From Syntrophaceae bacterium UBA6252 (GTDB taxonomy: Bacteria; Desulfobacterota; Syntrophia; Syntrophales; UBA6807): a stretch of DNA of 64,000 nucleotides. Below are positions 37,462-46,777 of the stretch, one piece after another (within the stretch, counting starts at the first letter, position 1; each line of letters begins with the position of its first letter). The position numbers and the translations under genes are program-made. The stretch spans positions 37,057 through 101,056 of the forward strand of contig DJVQ01000036.1 of NCBI GenBank assembly GCA_002441265.1, given 5' to 3'. The notes below the pieces were generated by a model. It had not been told where the DNA came from, did not search any database, and worked only from the letters and a program-made list of their open reading frames with translations.

Positions 37462-38070
37462 ATGGCGAAATTCTACGAACTGCCGAAACTTCCTTACGGT
37501 TACGGGGACCTGGCACCGGTCCTTTCGGAAGAGCAGCTCACGCTCCATCACCAGAAGCACCACCAGGCCTATGTCACCGGGGCGAACGGGCTCCTGGAGA
37601 AGTTCGACAAGGCGCGGAAGGAAGGGGTCGACCTCGATCAGAAGGCGCTCCTGAAGGAACTCTCCTTCAACATCGGGGGGCACGTCCTTCACTCCCTCTT
37701 CTGGGGGAACCTGGCCCCCAAGGGAAAAGGCGGGAGCGGACCGGAGGGGGGCCTGGAAAAGGCCCTGAAGGAGGAGTTCGGATCGGTGGACCGGTTCCGG
37801 AAGGAATTCACCCAGGCGGCGGTTTCCGTGGAAGGATCCGGCTGGGCCGCGCTTTCCTTCTGCCGGCTCACGGGGCGGCCCGTGATCATGCAGGTGGAGA
37901 AACACAACGTGAACGTCTATCCCATGTTCACCCTTCTCATGGTCCTCGACGTCTGGGAGCACGCCTACTATGTCGATTACAGAAACCTCCGGGCGAAATT
38001 CGTCGAGGGCTTCTGGGACATCCTGAACTGGAAGGAAGTGTCCCGCCGTTTCGAGAAGATCGGTTCGTAG
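37462..38070 (+). CDS. Fe/Mn superoxide dismutase
   Basis: 202 aa. [29 protein letters not shown]-terminus and DVWEHAYY metal-ligand motif. Confidence 0.93.
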   Translation: MAKFYELPKLPYGYGDLAPVLSEEQLTLHHQKHHQAYVTGANGLLEKFDKARKEGVDLDQKALLKELSFNIGGHVLHSLFWGNLAPKGKGGSGPEGGLEKALKEEFGSVDRFRKEFTQAAVSVEGSGWAALSFCRLTGRPVIMQVEKHNVNVYPMFTLLMVLDVWEHAYYVDYRNLRAKFVEGFWDILNWKEVSRRFEKIGS

Positions 38071-38086
38071 AGGGAAGAACGCCTTC

Positions 38087-38542
38087 ATGGCCAGGTTGAC
38101 CTTCAGCAGCGACGGCAGACGGGTGAAGGGTGCGGTCCGGAAGGAGCCGGGAGCGTCCGGCCGTTCCCCCGACGAAGTCGTCCGCGGGATGAAGGAGGAG
38201 GCGAAAAAGCCGCCCGGCGAGGACTACCGCGAACGGTCGCTGCGGATTCACGGGCTCGTGTGCGCCCACTGCGGGCGGGTGTTCGACGAGGCGAACCGCC
38301 ATCTTCTGACGGTCCACCATCGCGACGGGAACCACCACAACAACCCCCCCGACGGGAGCAACTGGGAAAACCTCTGCGTGTACTGCCACGAGAACGCCCA
38401 CAGCCGGGAGGTCCTCGGAGAGTACCTCGGCGGTGCGGCGGGAAGGGACCGGGACCGTCCCGTGGTCTCCGGAGAGGGCAACGGCGGCTTCGGCCTCCTT
38501 GCGGAAAAACTGCAAAAAGCCATGAAAGACAAAAGGAAATGA
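38087..38542 (+). CDS. yajD: YajD-like HNH endonuclease-family protein
   Basis: CAHCG...LTVHHRDGNHHNNPPDGSNWENLCVYCHENAH core. The start may be internal (ATG 38189), because homology begins near YRERSLRIHG. Confidence 0.78.
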   Translation: MARLTFSSDGRRVKGAVRKEPGASGRSPDEVVRGMKEEAKKPPGEDYRERSLRIHGLVCAHCGRVFDEANRHLLTVHHRDGNHHNNPPDGSNWENLCVYCHENAHSREVLGEYLGGAAGRDRDRPVVSGEGNGGFGLLAEKLQKAMKDKRK

Positions 38543-38726
38543 CGAGGCTGAGGTGATGTTTTCCCTTCGATTTTCCTTGATAAGTTTCTTTATTTATGGT
38601 AAGAGTCGCCCCGAATTGGATGGGGGAAGTCCGCAATTTCCAGATGACTTGCGATCGAGCCTTCCGGTCGGTTTTTTCGTGAGAAAGACCGGAGGGTAGC
38701 GAATAAAGAGGAGGAGGTATCAGACA

Positions 38727-39719
38727 GTGGACGTAATAGAAAAAGGAGTCGGTAGGATCTTTACGGATCCCGATGCGGACAAAGCGCGGGAATTTTTCAG
38801 ACACAAGAGCCGCGCCCTGGTGAGCAAGCTGACGACCGTAAAAGAGGCGGTGAAGGAACTGATCAAGGATGGGGACTATATTTCCGTCGGCGGTTTCGGC
38901 GCCAACCGGGTCCCCATATCGGTTCTCCATGAAATCCTGAGACAGAAGAAAAAAGACCTCGGCCTCGCCGGGCACACGGCGACCCACGACTTCCAGATCC
39001 TCTCCGCCGGGAAGGTGTTCAACCGGTGCGATATCGCCTACATCATCGGGCTCGAGGCGAGAGGTCTGTCCCCCAACGCGAGGGCCTACATGCAGAGCGG
39101 CGAGGTGGAAGTCACCGAGTGGACGAACTACACCATGTCCGCCCGTTACAAAGCAGCCGCGGCAGGCGTCTCCTTCCACCCCATCCGCAACATGATGGGG
39201 ACGGACACGTTCAAGTACAGTGCAGCCGCGGTCTCGGAGTGCCCCTTCACGGGCCAGAAGTACACCCTCGTCCCCGCCCTCTATTCCGATGTGGCCGTCA
39301 TCCATGCGCATGAGGCGGACATCTACGGGAACTGCCGGGTTCGGGGCATCCTCATGTCCGACTGGGACATTGCACGCTCCTCCAAGAAGGTCATCATCAC
39401 CTGCGAACGGCTCATCCCGAACGACGAGATTCGGAGAGACCCGACCATGACCTTCATTCCCTACTACTGTGTCGACGCCGTCTGTGAAGTTCCCTACGGA
39501 AGCTATCCCGGCAACATGTACCAGGAGTACTTCTCCGATGAAGACCATCTGCGGGAATGGCTGAAGGTGGAGAAAGATCCCGAAGCGTTCAAGAAGTTCC
39601 TCGACAAGAACATCTACGGTGTCCAGGACCACTTCGAGTACATCGAGAGGAACGGCGGGATCCGCAAGATGCAGATGCTGCGGCAGAAAGAGTGGCTGTT
39701 CAGAGGCGCCAGACAATAA
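38727..39719 (+). CDS. CoA-transferase subunit A (glutaconate CoA-transferase GctA-like)
   Basis: 330 aa with a GTG start after GAGGAGGAGG. DGDYISVGGFGANRVPISVLHEILRQ resembles the family I CoA-transferase alpha N-terminus. Confidence 0.86.
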   Translation: MDVIEKGVGRIFTDPDADKAREFFRHKSRALVSKLTTVKEAVKELIKDGDYISVGGFGANRVPISVLHEILRQKKKDLGLAGHTATHDFQILSAGKVFNRCDIAYIIGLEARGLSPNARAYMQSGEVEVTEWTNYTMSARYKAAAAGVSFHPIRNMMGTDTFKYSAAAVSECPFTGQKYTLVPALYSDVAVIHAHEADIYGNCRVRGILMSDWDIARSSKKVIITCERLIPNDEIRRDPTMTFIPYYCVDAVCEVPYGSYPGNMYQEYFSDEDHLREWLKVEKDPEAFKKFLDKNIYGVQDHFEYIERNGGIRKMQMLRQKEWLFRGARQ

Positions 39720-39737
39720 CGAGGAGGTAAGGAGACA

Positions 39738-40508
39738 ATGGCTGACTTTAACACGATGGAATTGATGATATGCACCGCCGCCAGAGAACTCGAGGACGGT
39801 GCTTGCGTAGGGGTCGGAACGGGCGCTCCCTGTGCGGCCGCCATGTTGGCCCAGAAGACGAAATCCCCCAACCTGACGATTATTTTCGAGGCGGGCGGTG
39901 TCGCCCCCCTGGTTCCCGAAATGCCCATTTCCGTGGGTGACAGCCGTACGACCTGGAAAGCCTGCATGGCCAGCAGCATGCCCGACGTCATGGAAACGGG
40001 ATGCCGGGGCATGTTGGACTACACCTTCCTCGGCGGCGCCGAGATCGACATGTACGGAAACCTGAACTCGACGAGAATCGGTTCGGACCACCAGAAGCCG
40101 AAAGTCCGCTTCCCCGGCAGCGGCGGTGCGAACGATTTCGCCTCCTTCGCCTGGAGAATGATGGTCATGACCCCCCAGGACAGCAAGCGGTTCGTGGAGA
40201 GATGCACCTACGTCACGACCCCCGGCTGGATCAACGGCGGCGATTCCCGCGCCAAGTGCGGCCTTGCCGTAGGCGCCGGTCCTTACAAGATCATCACGAA
40301 CATGGCCGTCATGGACTTCGAACCCGAATCCAAGAGGATGCGGATCGTCGCCCTGAACCACGGGTTCGGTCTGAAGGACGTCGAGGAGAACTGCGGCTTC
40401 GAACTCATCAAGGCCGCGAAGATCATCGAGAACCCGCCCCCCACGGAGCAGGAACTCGCCATCCTGAGAGAGGAAGTGGATCCCTACCGGTACGTCATCG
40501 GCCGGTAA
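39738..40508 (+). CDS. CoA-transferase subunit B (GctB-like)
   Basis: 256 aa with RBS AAGGAG. It carries the EAGGV block (IIFEAGGVAPL) expected for the catalytic glutamate region. Confidence 0.86.
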   Translation: MADFNTMELMICTAARELEDGACVGVGTGAPCAAAMLAQKTKSPNLTIIFEAGGVAPLVPEMPISVGDSRTTWKACMASSMPDVMETGCRGMLDYTFLGGAEIDMYGNLNSTRIGSDHQKPKVRFPGSGGANDFASFAWRMMVMTPQDSKRFVERCTYVTTPGWINGGDSRAKCGLAVGAGPYKIITNMAVMDFEPESKRMRIVALNHGFGLKDVEENCGFELIKAAKIIENPPPTEQELAILREEVDPYRYVIGR

Positions 40509-40530
40509 CGGAGCCTGCAGGAAAATAAGA

Positions 40531-40566
40531 AAGCCGCGGTCTGTCACGGACCGCGGCTTTTTTTTA
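40531..40566. terminator. Bidirectional intrinsic terminator between convergent genes
   Basis: AAGCCGCGGTC-TGTCACG-GACCGCGGCTT followed by a T7 run, with an A-rich 5' flank. Confidence 0.7.
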
Positions 40567-40589
40567 CAAAGCCGTCCCGTTTTGCCTGC

Positions 40590-40784
40590 TCATCGGGGAA
40601 TTCTCAGGTTGTCCTTCTTCTTGTCCATCTTGTCCCCCACGGAAGTACCGCAGTAGGCGCAACTGTAATCGTACTGGTCCCCCTCGGCAAGGACCAGGAG
40701 AAGCCGCTTCCGGACGGGAACGGCCCTCCGGCATTTCGGGCAGTACAATTCCGTTGCATCGAAGTCCCTGTAATCGCTTTTCAT
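40590..40784 (-). CDS. Small zinc-ribbon protein (64 aa), translationally coupled to nadE
   Basis: [20 protein letters not shown]...[10 protein letters not shown] (CPxC...CxxC). Its ATG overlaps the nadE TGA (ATGA at 40781-40784). Confidence 0.6.
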   Translation of the reverse strand: MKSDYRDFDATELYCPKCRRAVPVRKRLLLVLAEGDQYDYSCAYCGTSVGDKMDKKKDNLRIPR

Positions 40785-42859
40785 TGAGCTTCCTCGTCCC
40801 CCTCCGGGATGTTCCCGGCGTTTTCGAGCCACACCGCCGCCTCGCTGTCGCTCGGGGCCCGGTAATCCCCCCGGGGGGAAAGAGACCCGCCGGATCCCAC
40901 CTTGGGGGCGTTGGGGATGCAGGTCCGCTTGAACTGGCTTGTCTTGAAAAACCGGTGCAGGTACACATTGAGCCATTTCCGGATTTCTTCGATGGCGTAC
41001 GCGTTTCTCCCGTTCTCCGGGATGTCCGGCCAGTGGCCCCGAAGCGGGTCGCGCCACGCGCAGTAGGCCATGAAGGCGACCTTGGACGGCAGATATCCGA
41101 ACCGGGTGATGTAGAAGTTGTTGAAGTCCTGGAGTTCGTAAGGACCGATGACGGATTCCGATTTCTGGGACGGCTGGTCTCCGCCGTCGCCGGGGATCAG
41201 TTCGGGGCTGATTTCCGTGTCCAGAATGTCCAGGAGGATCCGGGAAGTCTCGCCGGGGAAGATTCCCGCCTGGGCGACCCACCGCATGAGGTGCTGGATG
41301 AGGGTCTTGGGGACGCTGGCATTCACCGCGTAATGGGACATGTGGTCTCCGACGCCGTAGGTGCACCACCCGAGGGCAAGCTCGCTCAGGTCTCCCGTTC
41401 CGAGCACCAGCCCGTTCCGGTGGTTGGCGATCCGGAACAGGTGGGAGGTCCGCTCTCCCGCCTGGACGTTTTCGAACGTGGTGTCGTACACCTCTTCCCC
41501 TTCCGTGAAGGGATGCCCGATGTCGTGGAACATCTGCATGGAACTCGGCCGGATGTCGAGCTCGTTCACTTCCACGTCGAGGGACCTCATGAGACGGAGC
41601 GCGTTGCCGTAGGTTTTCCCCGTCGTTGCGAATCCCGGCATGGTATAGGCCAGGATGCGGGACCGGGGACGGCCCAGGAGGTCCATCGTCCGGGCCGCCA
41701 CGATCAGGGCGTGGGCCGAGTCGAGTCCCCCGGAAACCCCGATCACCACGTTGCCCATTCCCGCCGACTGGAGGCGCTTGGCCAGGCCCTGGACCTGGAT
41801 GTTGTAGACCTCGTAGCACCGCTGGTCCCGTTTCCCCGGGTCCGCCGGTATGTAGGGGAAGCGGGGGATGTCCCGGGTAAGGAGAATCCTCCGGTCGGGG
41901 ACCTTCACCGTCAGGGGGATCTTCCTGAATTTCCGGAGGGCTTTCCCGTGGATGCGGGCGTTCTGCCGGAACGTCGTCATGCGCATCCGGTCCTGGATGA
42001 GCCGGTCCAGGTCCACTTCTCCGTAGATTGCCTGGGATTTCTGGAGGAAACGCTCCGACTCCGCCAGGAGGGTTCCGTTTTCATGGATCATGGCGTGGCA
42101 GTCCCAGGCGAGGTCCGTCGTCGACTCCCCGGGGCCGGCCGAGGAGTAAAGGTATGCCGAGATGCAGCGGGCCGATTGATTCGATACGAGACACGCCCGG
42201 TATTCCGATTTTCCCACGGTCACGTTGGACGCGGAAAGGTTCGCGATCACCGTCGCTCCCGCGAGGCAGGCGTAACTCGACGGGGGGATGGGAACCCAGA
42301 GGTCCTCGCAGATTTCCGTGAAAAGGGTGAATCCGGGGATGTTTTCCACCGTGAAGAGAAGATTGGGGCCGAACGGGATGTCCTTCTGGCCGAGGAGGTC
42401 GATCGTGTCCGACCGGGCTTCGGATGCAGAGGCGAACTGCCTCGCCTCGTAGAATTCCCTGTAATTGGGGAGATAGGATTTGACCGGCACGCCGAGAATC
42501 CTGCCCCGGTGAATGACGGCGGCGCAGTTGAAGAGCATGGCGTCCACCCGGAGCGGAAACCCCGCCAGGAGAATCGTATCCAGTTTCCGGGAGACCTTGA
42601 CCAGCCGTTCCAGGGCCTTCAGCGCTCCCTCGAGGAGGGCGTCCTGGTGGAACAGATCCTCGTTGGAGTAAGCGGAAAGAACGAGTTCCGGAAAGAGGGC
42701 GAGGACGGCGTCGTTTTCCGCGGCTTCCACGGCCAGGCGGATGCAGCTTTCCCCGTTGAATCCCGGATCGGCCACCCGGACTTCGGGAACGCACACGGCG
42801 ACACGGATGAACCCGTGGCGATAGAGATTGAAAAAATTCCCCCGTGCGGTTTTCTTCAT
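40781..42859 (-). CDS. nadE: Glutamine-dependent NAD+ synthetase (large, nitrilase-domain fused form)
   Basis: 692 aa. The N-terminal carbon-nitrogen hydrolase domain has the ICEDLW catalytic Cys. The C-terminal synthetase domain has the [10 protein letters not shown]-loop. Confidence 0.92.
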   Translation of the reverse strand: MKKTARGNFFNLYRHGFIRVAVCVPEVRVADPGFNGESCIRLAVEAAENDAVLALFPELVLSAYSNEDLFHQDALLEGALKALERLVKVSRKLDTILLAGFPLRVDAMLFNCAAVIHRGRILGVPVKSYLPNYREFYEARQFASASEARSDTIDLLGQKDIPFGPNLLFTVENIPGFTLFTEICEDLWVPIPPSSYACLAGATVIANLSASNVTVGKSEYRACLVSNQSARCISAYLYSSAGPGESTTDLAWDCHAMIHENGTLLAESERFLQKSQAIYGEVDLDRLIQDRMRMTTFRQNARIHGKALRKFRKIPLTVKVPDRRILLTRDIPRFPYIPADPGKRDQRCYEVYNIQVQGLAKRLQSAGMGNVVIGVSGGLDSAHALIVAARTMDLLGRPRSRILAYTMPGFATTGKTYGNALRLMRSLDVEVNELDIRPSSMQMFHDIGHPFTEGEEVYDTTFENVQAGERTSHLFRIANHRNGLVLGTGDLSELALGWCTYGVGDHMSHYAVNASVPKTLIQHLMRWVAQAGIFPGETSRILLDILDTEISPELIPGDGGDQPSQKSESVIGPYELQDFNNFYITRFGYLPSKVAFMAYCAWRDPLRGHWPDIPENGRNAYAIEEIRKWLNVYLHRFFKTSQFKRTCIPNAPKVGSGGSLSPRGDYRAPSDSEAAVWLENAGNIPEGDEEAQ

Positions 42860-43521
42860 GTTCCCTCCGTCATTCTTTCCTCGAGGCTCCCGGCGCGGCT
42901 CAGAACCGCCTCGGCCCGTTCCCCGGCTTCTCTCATGGTGCGTCCCAGGGAGAGGAAGCCATGCTTCCGCAGGATCAGGAAGGAGTGATTCCCGAGAACG
43001 CCGAGAACGCTTCGGACAAGCTCCATCGATCCGAAAGGTTCCGCCGTTTCCGTCGCCGGAAGCCCAAGCAGATCGGCTTTTTTCAGAATCTCCCGCGAGT
43101 GGCCGTGAAAAATCGCCATGACGTCCTTTCTCGCCTCATACACATGAAAGTGGAGCAGGCTTTCCGAGGATGGGGTTCCCGTTCCGCCCGCGAGCACCGC
43201 CTTTCCCCCGTCCGCCGTTCCGTAAACGGAGACGAAGGCTTCGCCGGCAAGGTCCTGTTTCAGGGCGAGTCCCGAGGCGGTGATGACGAAGGCGTTTTCC
43301 CCCTCCCGGATCCGGAAGCTCAGATTTCCCATGGAGCGCCCCCGGAAAACCGGCGCTAGGCCGAGATCATGAAAACGGTTGCACCAGTACCGGAGTTCCC
43401 CGGTTTTTTCGCTTTCCGGCGGGTCTTTGCGGATCCTCACCGTCCGGAACGGCTCCGCCGCCGCATCTTCCTCCGGCTCCTGGAGGGACCCCGTTTCATG
43501 GCGCGCAGTTCCCTTTTCCAT
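42856..43521 (-). CDS. Class II aldolase/adducin N-terminal domain family protein
   Basis: 221 aa. GNLSFR...FVITASG...ESLLHFHVY...AIFHGHS pattern. Its stop overlaps the nadE start (ATGA). Confidence 0.75.
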   Translation of the reverse strand: MEKGTARHETGSLQEPEEDAAAEPFRTVRIRKDPPESEKTGELRYWCNRFHDLGLAPVFRGRSMGNLSFRIREGENAFVITASGLALKQDLAGEAFVSVYGTADGGKAVLAGGTGTPSSESLLHFHVYEARKDVMAIFHGHSREILKKADLLGLPATETAEPFGSMELVRSVLGVLGNHSFLILRKHGFLSLGRTMREAGERAEAVLSRAGSLEERMTEGT

Positions 43522-43530
43522 GAAAGACCT

Positions 43531-44013
43531 CTAATAGGCGGCCCTGACCGGCTTGGGCGAAAGCAGGCGGACGAGATCGGAAGGGGAGATCCGGACGAGA
43601 AACCCCCTTTTGCCCCCGTTGATGAAGATGGCCGGCAGCTCGAGAATTGTTTCCTCCACGTACAGGGGAAGGGTTTTCTTCGTCCCGAAGGGGGAGGTGC
43701 CGCCCACCAGGTATCCCGTGTGCCTCTGCGCCGTTCCCGGTTCGCAGGGCTGGACCGCGCGCACTCCCAGGTGCCGCGCAAGGGCCTTGGTGGAAACCTG
43801 CCTGTTTCCGTGCATCAGGATGATGAGGGGATTTTTCCCGTCGTCTTCCATGACGAGGGTCTTGACGACGGCGTATTCATCCACACCGAGTTCCCGGGCG
43901 GCCCTCGCCGTCCCTCCCTTTTCCTCGTACTTGTAGGGGCAGGGGACGAATGGGACCCCGTTTTGCTTCAGAAAGCGCACGGCCGGTGTCGCAGGGATCG
44001 TTTCCTTGACCAT
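43531..44013 (-). CDS. ybaK: Cys-tRNA(Pro)/Cys-tRNA(Cys) deacylase YbaK/EbsC family
   Basis: 160 aa. TPAVRFLKQNGVPF...KTLV...GGTSPFG motifs. Confidence 0.86.
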   Translation of the reverse strand: MVKETIPATPAVRFLKQNGVPFVPCPYKYEEKGGTARAARELGVDEYAVVKTLVMEDDGKNPLIILMHGNRQVSTKALARHLGVRAVQPCEPGTAQRHTGYLVGGTSPFGTKKTLPLYVEETILELPAIFINGGKRGFLVRISPSDLVRLLSPKPVRAAY

Positions 44014-44076
44014 AATAAAAAAAAATAACAGAAAAAAATGGATTTCTCAAGGTGGAAACCGGAGAAACGGGAACGA

Positions 44077-44139
44077 GAAAACCAGGGACACTGACGGAAA
44101 AACCAGGGACGCTGACGGAAAAACCAGGGACACTTCCCG
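44077..44139. repeat. Three tandem ~21-bp direct repeats GAAAAACCAGGGACRCTGACG
   Basis: Units at 44077-44096, 44097-44117 and 44118-44139, in the divergent ybaK / STAS intergenic region. Confidence 0.85.
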
Positions 44140-44172
44140 TATTTTTCCTTAGAAAAATGCGGGAAGTGTCCC
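44127..44172. promoter_or_regulatory. 46-bp near-perfect palindrome overlapping the third repeat unit
   Basis: GGGACACTTCCCGTATTTTTC-CTTA-GAAAAATGCGGGAAGTGTCCC, with one mismatch in the 21-nt arms. Confidence 0.6.
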
Positions 44173-44329
44173 GGCTTTTCCGGAGACTCAGTGTCCCCGT
44201 TTTCCCACTTTCCTCATTCCCGCGGCATGATTCGGCATTGTAAGACCCTTCCCGTTCTGATATGGAAACAGTCATGGAACCTGCCGGAACGGCGGGGAAC
44301 ACAGGGATCATGCCACGGGGGGTAAAGGA

Positions 44330-44662
44330 ATGGATACGGAAAAGATCGGTGATGTGCGGATTGTCCGTCTTCAGGGCAGGCTGGGGGAGGTCTCGGCCCC
44401 CCAGTTTGAGGACAGGATGAAGGAAATGATCGAGGAGGGGGAAGTCCTGTTCGTCGTAGATCTGGGAGGACTCGAGTACATCAGCAGCGCCGGTCTCAGG
44501 AGCATCCTTTCCACGGCGAAGGAATTGAAGAAGCTGGACGGTCTTCTTTTCCTGTCCGATCTGCGGGGACCGGTGAAGGAGGTTTTCGAGATCTCCCATT
44601 TCGTCGATATTTTCCGGATCTTCGGATCCGTTCAGGAAGCATTGGAAGCAATGCCGCGGTGA
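44330..44662 (+). CDS. STAS-domain anti-sigma-factor antagonist
   Basis: 110 aa. LEYISSAGLR carries the phosphorylatable serine motif. Confidence 0.88.
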   Translation: MDTEKIGDVRIVRLQGRLGEVSAPQFEDRMKEMIEEGEVLFVVDLGGLEYISSAGLRSILSTAKELKKLDGLLFLSDLRGPVKEVFEISHFVDIFRIFGSVQEALEAMPR

Positions 44663-44682
44663 GTTGTCCCCGGTGGCGGGTC

Positions 44683-45138
44683 ATGGCGGAAACGGTTAGA
44701 TCGGCTGCAAAAATAGACCAGTTGGAGCGCATCCTGGAATTCGTCCGTTCCTGTGCGGCCCGGGCGGGTTTTTCCGGAAGGCGCATCATCGATCTGGAAC
44801 TCGCCGTGGAAGAGGCGATGGTCAATATCTGCCGCTACGCGTACACGGAACATTCCGGCGAGGTGGAAGTCGCCTGCCTCCAGGAGCCGGGAGGGATCCT
44901 CCGGATCGAGATCGTCGACCGGGGCAGGCCTTTCAACCTCCTGAACGCGGAAAAACCGGTATTCGAATGCGACATCGGCCGGCAGCAATTGGGCGGGCTG
45001 GGCATTCACATCATCCGGAACATGGTCGACGATATCCGTTACAGGAGGGAGGGCGACAAAAACCGGCTGACTCTTGTCCTTCATGACAGAAAACAAAACT
45101 CCCCCTCCACCCCCGATCCGGCCGGTCCGGGGCGGTAA
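44683..45138 (+). CDS. Anti-sigma regulatory factor (RsbW/SpoIIAB-type Ser kinase, HATPase_c)
   Basis: About 151 aa from the internal ATG. EEAMVNICRYAY (N box) and GGLGIHIIRNMVD (G box). Confidence 0.8.
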   Translation: MAETVRSAAKIDQLERILEFVRSCAARAGFSGRRIIDLELAVEEAMVNICRYAYTEHSGEVEVACLQEPGGILRIEIVDRGRPFNLLNAEKPVFECDIGRQQLGGLGIHIIRNMVDDIRYRREGDKNRLTLVLHDRKQNSPSTPDPAGPGR

Positions 45139-45163
45139 GGAAGATCTCTCTCCGGGGCGGAAG

Positions 45164-45625
45164 TCAGGAGGGACGAATCTCCGGGAGGTTGAAAAACCGG
45201 CGAACCGCAGAGACGTTTTTCAGACGGTTCATGACCCTCTGGATCTGCCGATTTTCCCAGAACCCCTTCAGTGCGATCACGGCCTTGCAGACCTGGAGCT
45301 TTTCCGGGTTCCGCATCAGCTCTTCGATCAGCGCCCTCTGGCTGTTCACGAAACTGTCGAACCGAAGCTGAAGGGCCTGGTCTTCCGAAAAGGAGGTTCC
45401 GCTTTCCCGTTCCACTTCCTCCGGCGTCAGGCCGAGCCCCCCGAGCATCTTGAGGAAGTATTCCGCGGTGATGTTCCTCGACTGCTGGGAAAACTCGCTG
45501 AAACGCTGGGCGGACAGTCCCGAAGCCTTCATGAACTGTCCCTTGGTCAAGGCCCTCCCCTGGGCCTTTTCCCAGAGAAAATCGAAATAGTTGTTGAAAT
45601 CCGTTTCTTTCTGCCTGGCTGCCAT
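45164..45625 (-). CDS. Hypothetical protein with a possible helix-turn-helix
   Basis: About 153 aa from the ATG at 45625. LTKGQFMKASGLSAQRFSEFSQQSRNITAEYFLKML resembles an XRE-type HTH. Weak call. Confidence 0.5.
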   Translation of the reverse strand: MAARQKETDFNNYFDFLWEKAQGRALTKGQFMKASGLSAQRFSEFSQQSRNITAEYFLKMLGGLGLTPEEVERESGTSFSEDQALQLRFDSFVNSQRALIEELMRNPEKLQVCKAVIALKGFWENRQIQRVMNRLKNVSAVRRFFNLPEIRPS

Positions 45626-45720
45626 ACATGGTAACGTAACAGCGCGATTTTTTCCTGTCAAGGGAAAAAGTCCGGAAATGCAGGGGAAACCGATTTTTTA
45701 TGATGCCGTCGTCTGGTGGT

Positions 45721-46758
45721 TCAGGATCTTCTCCTGTTCAACTCCCTCTCGAAGGCGTTCACGAGCTTTTCGATGGCTTTCCGGCTCTGTCCCCAGTCGT
45801 AAACGGGCCGTATCTTGATGAGGAAGACCTTCTCCGCCTGGGAGAAGATGCGCACGCCGCTCGCGTTTTTCAGGCTCTTGATTTCGACCGTGATGTCGTG
45901 TCCCCCATGGAGAAGGCTCAGGGACTGGTGAATCCTGATGACCCCCATTTTCCTGTTTGAGCTTTTGACTTCCATGCCGGCGGCGCGGGCGGCCCGGATC
46001 ATGGCGTCGAAGGTGACGCCGGAGGGTCTGTCGATCTTTTTCAGGTAAAGGCTCGAATTGGCCGACGGCCTGGCCCATTCGACGAAGGCCAGTTCTTCCC
46101 TTGCCTCGCTGAAGTTCGGGTCTTCCCGGACCGCCTCGTCCAGGTAGGCCTTCGCATCGTCGAACCGGTCCTTCTTCATGAGGCTCACGCCCTCGGTGTA
46201 GTTCTTGTATGCCGCCACCGAAGCCGTGGGATTCCGTGCGATTTGCCGCTTTTCCGCGTCCGACGCCTCGATCCCCAGATTGTTCAGGATGTCGTCGGCC
46301 ATGTCGTCTTCCAGGGAAAAGATGTCGTTGTAGTTCCCCGTGACCATGGCCGTGTTGGAGACGACTCCCGTTTCCACCTTGACGAACCGGGCGGTGAGGC
46401 GGAGCTTTTCCCCCATTTTCTGGTAGGCGCCGGTGACCACCGTTTCCGCCCCGAGCACTTTCCCCGCCCTGGCGGCCGATTCCGGATCGATGACGCCGCT
46501 CTGGCCGAGGCTCACCTCGTTGAGGACCGCGTCGATCCGCTGCCGCTCCACGATCCGGATCCGCCGGACGCTTCCGAGCTTGGTGGTCAGCGTTTCCGCG
46601 ATGCCCTCGGAAAGCCAGTCCGTCTCCTTGTCCTTGTTCACATTGGAAAAAGGCATGACGGCGATGGTGGGGACGTCTCCTTCGCCGGCGGTTCCGGGTG
46701 GTGGAACCGCCAGGAACGCCGCGACGGCCAGAAGCGCCGCGGCCAGGAATTTCCTCAT
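45721..46758 (-). CDS. Secreted protein, TolB-N/CsgG-like N-domain + TPR-like middle + unknown C-domain (paralogue 1)
   Basis: 345 aa. Signal peptide without a lipobox Cys. IAVMPFSNVNKDKETDWLSEGIAETLTTKL...VVTGAYQKMGEKLRLTARFVKVETG pattern. Confidence 0.72.
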   Translation of the reverse strand: MRKFLAAALLAVAAFLAVPPPGTAGEGDVPTIAVMPFSNVNKDKETDWLSEGIAETLTTKLGSVRRIRIVERQRIDAVLNEVSLGQSGVIDPESAARAGKVLGAETVVTGAYQKMGEKLRLTARFVKVETGVVSNTAMVTGNYNDIFSLEDDMADDILNNLGIEASDAEKRQIARNPTASVAAYKNYTEGVSLMKKDRFDDAKAYLDEAVREDPNFSEAREELAFVEWARPSANSSLYLKKIDRPSGVTFDAMIRAARAAGMEVKSSNRKMGVIRIHQSLSLLHGGHDITVEIKSLKNASGVRIFSQAEKVFLIKIRPVYDWGQSRKAIEKLVNAFERELNRRRS

Positions 46759-46777
46759 CGGGCACCCCCCTTTTTCT

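Noticed and set aside
38103-40547. 814-aa minus-strand ORF opposite yajD-like and the CoA-transferase genes. The same reasoning applies to 13862-15661(-), 55286-57670(+), 40754-42988(+), 48132-49919(+) and 28121-30277(-).
   Set aside because: All are antisense shadows of genes with clear family motifs, and none has an RBS or a recognisable domain.
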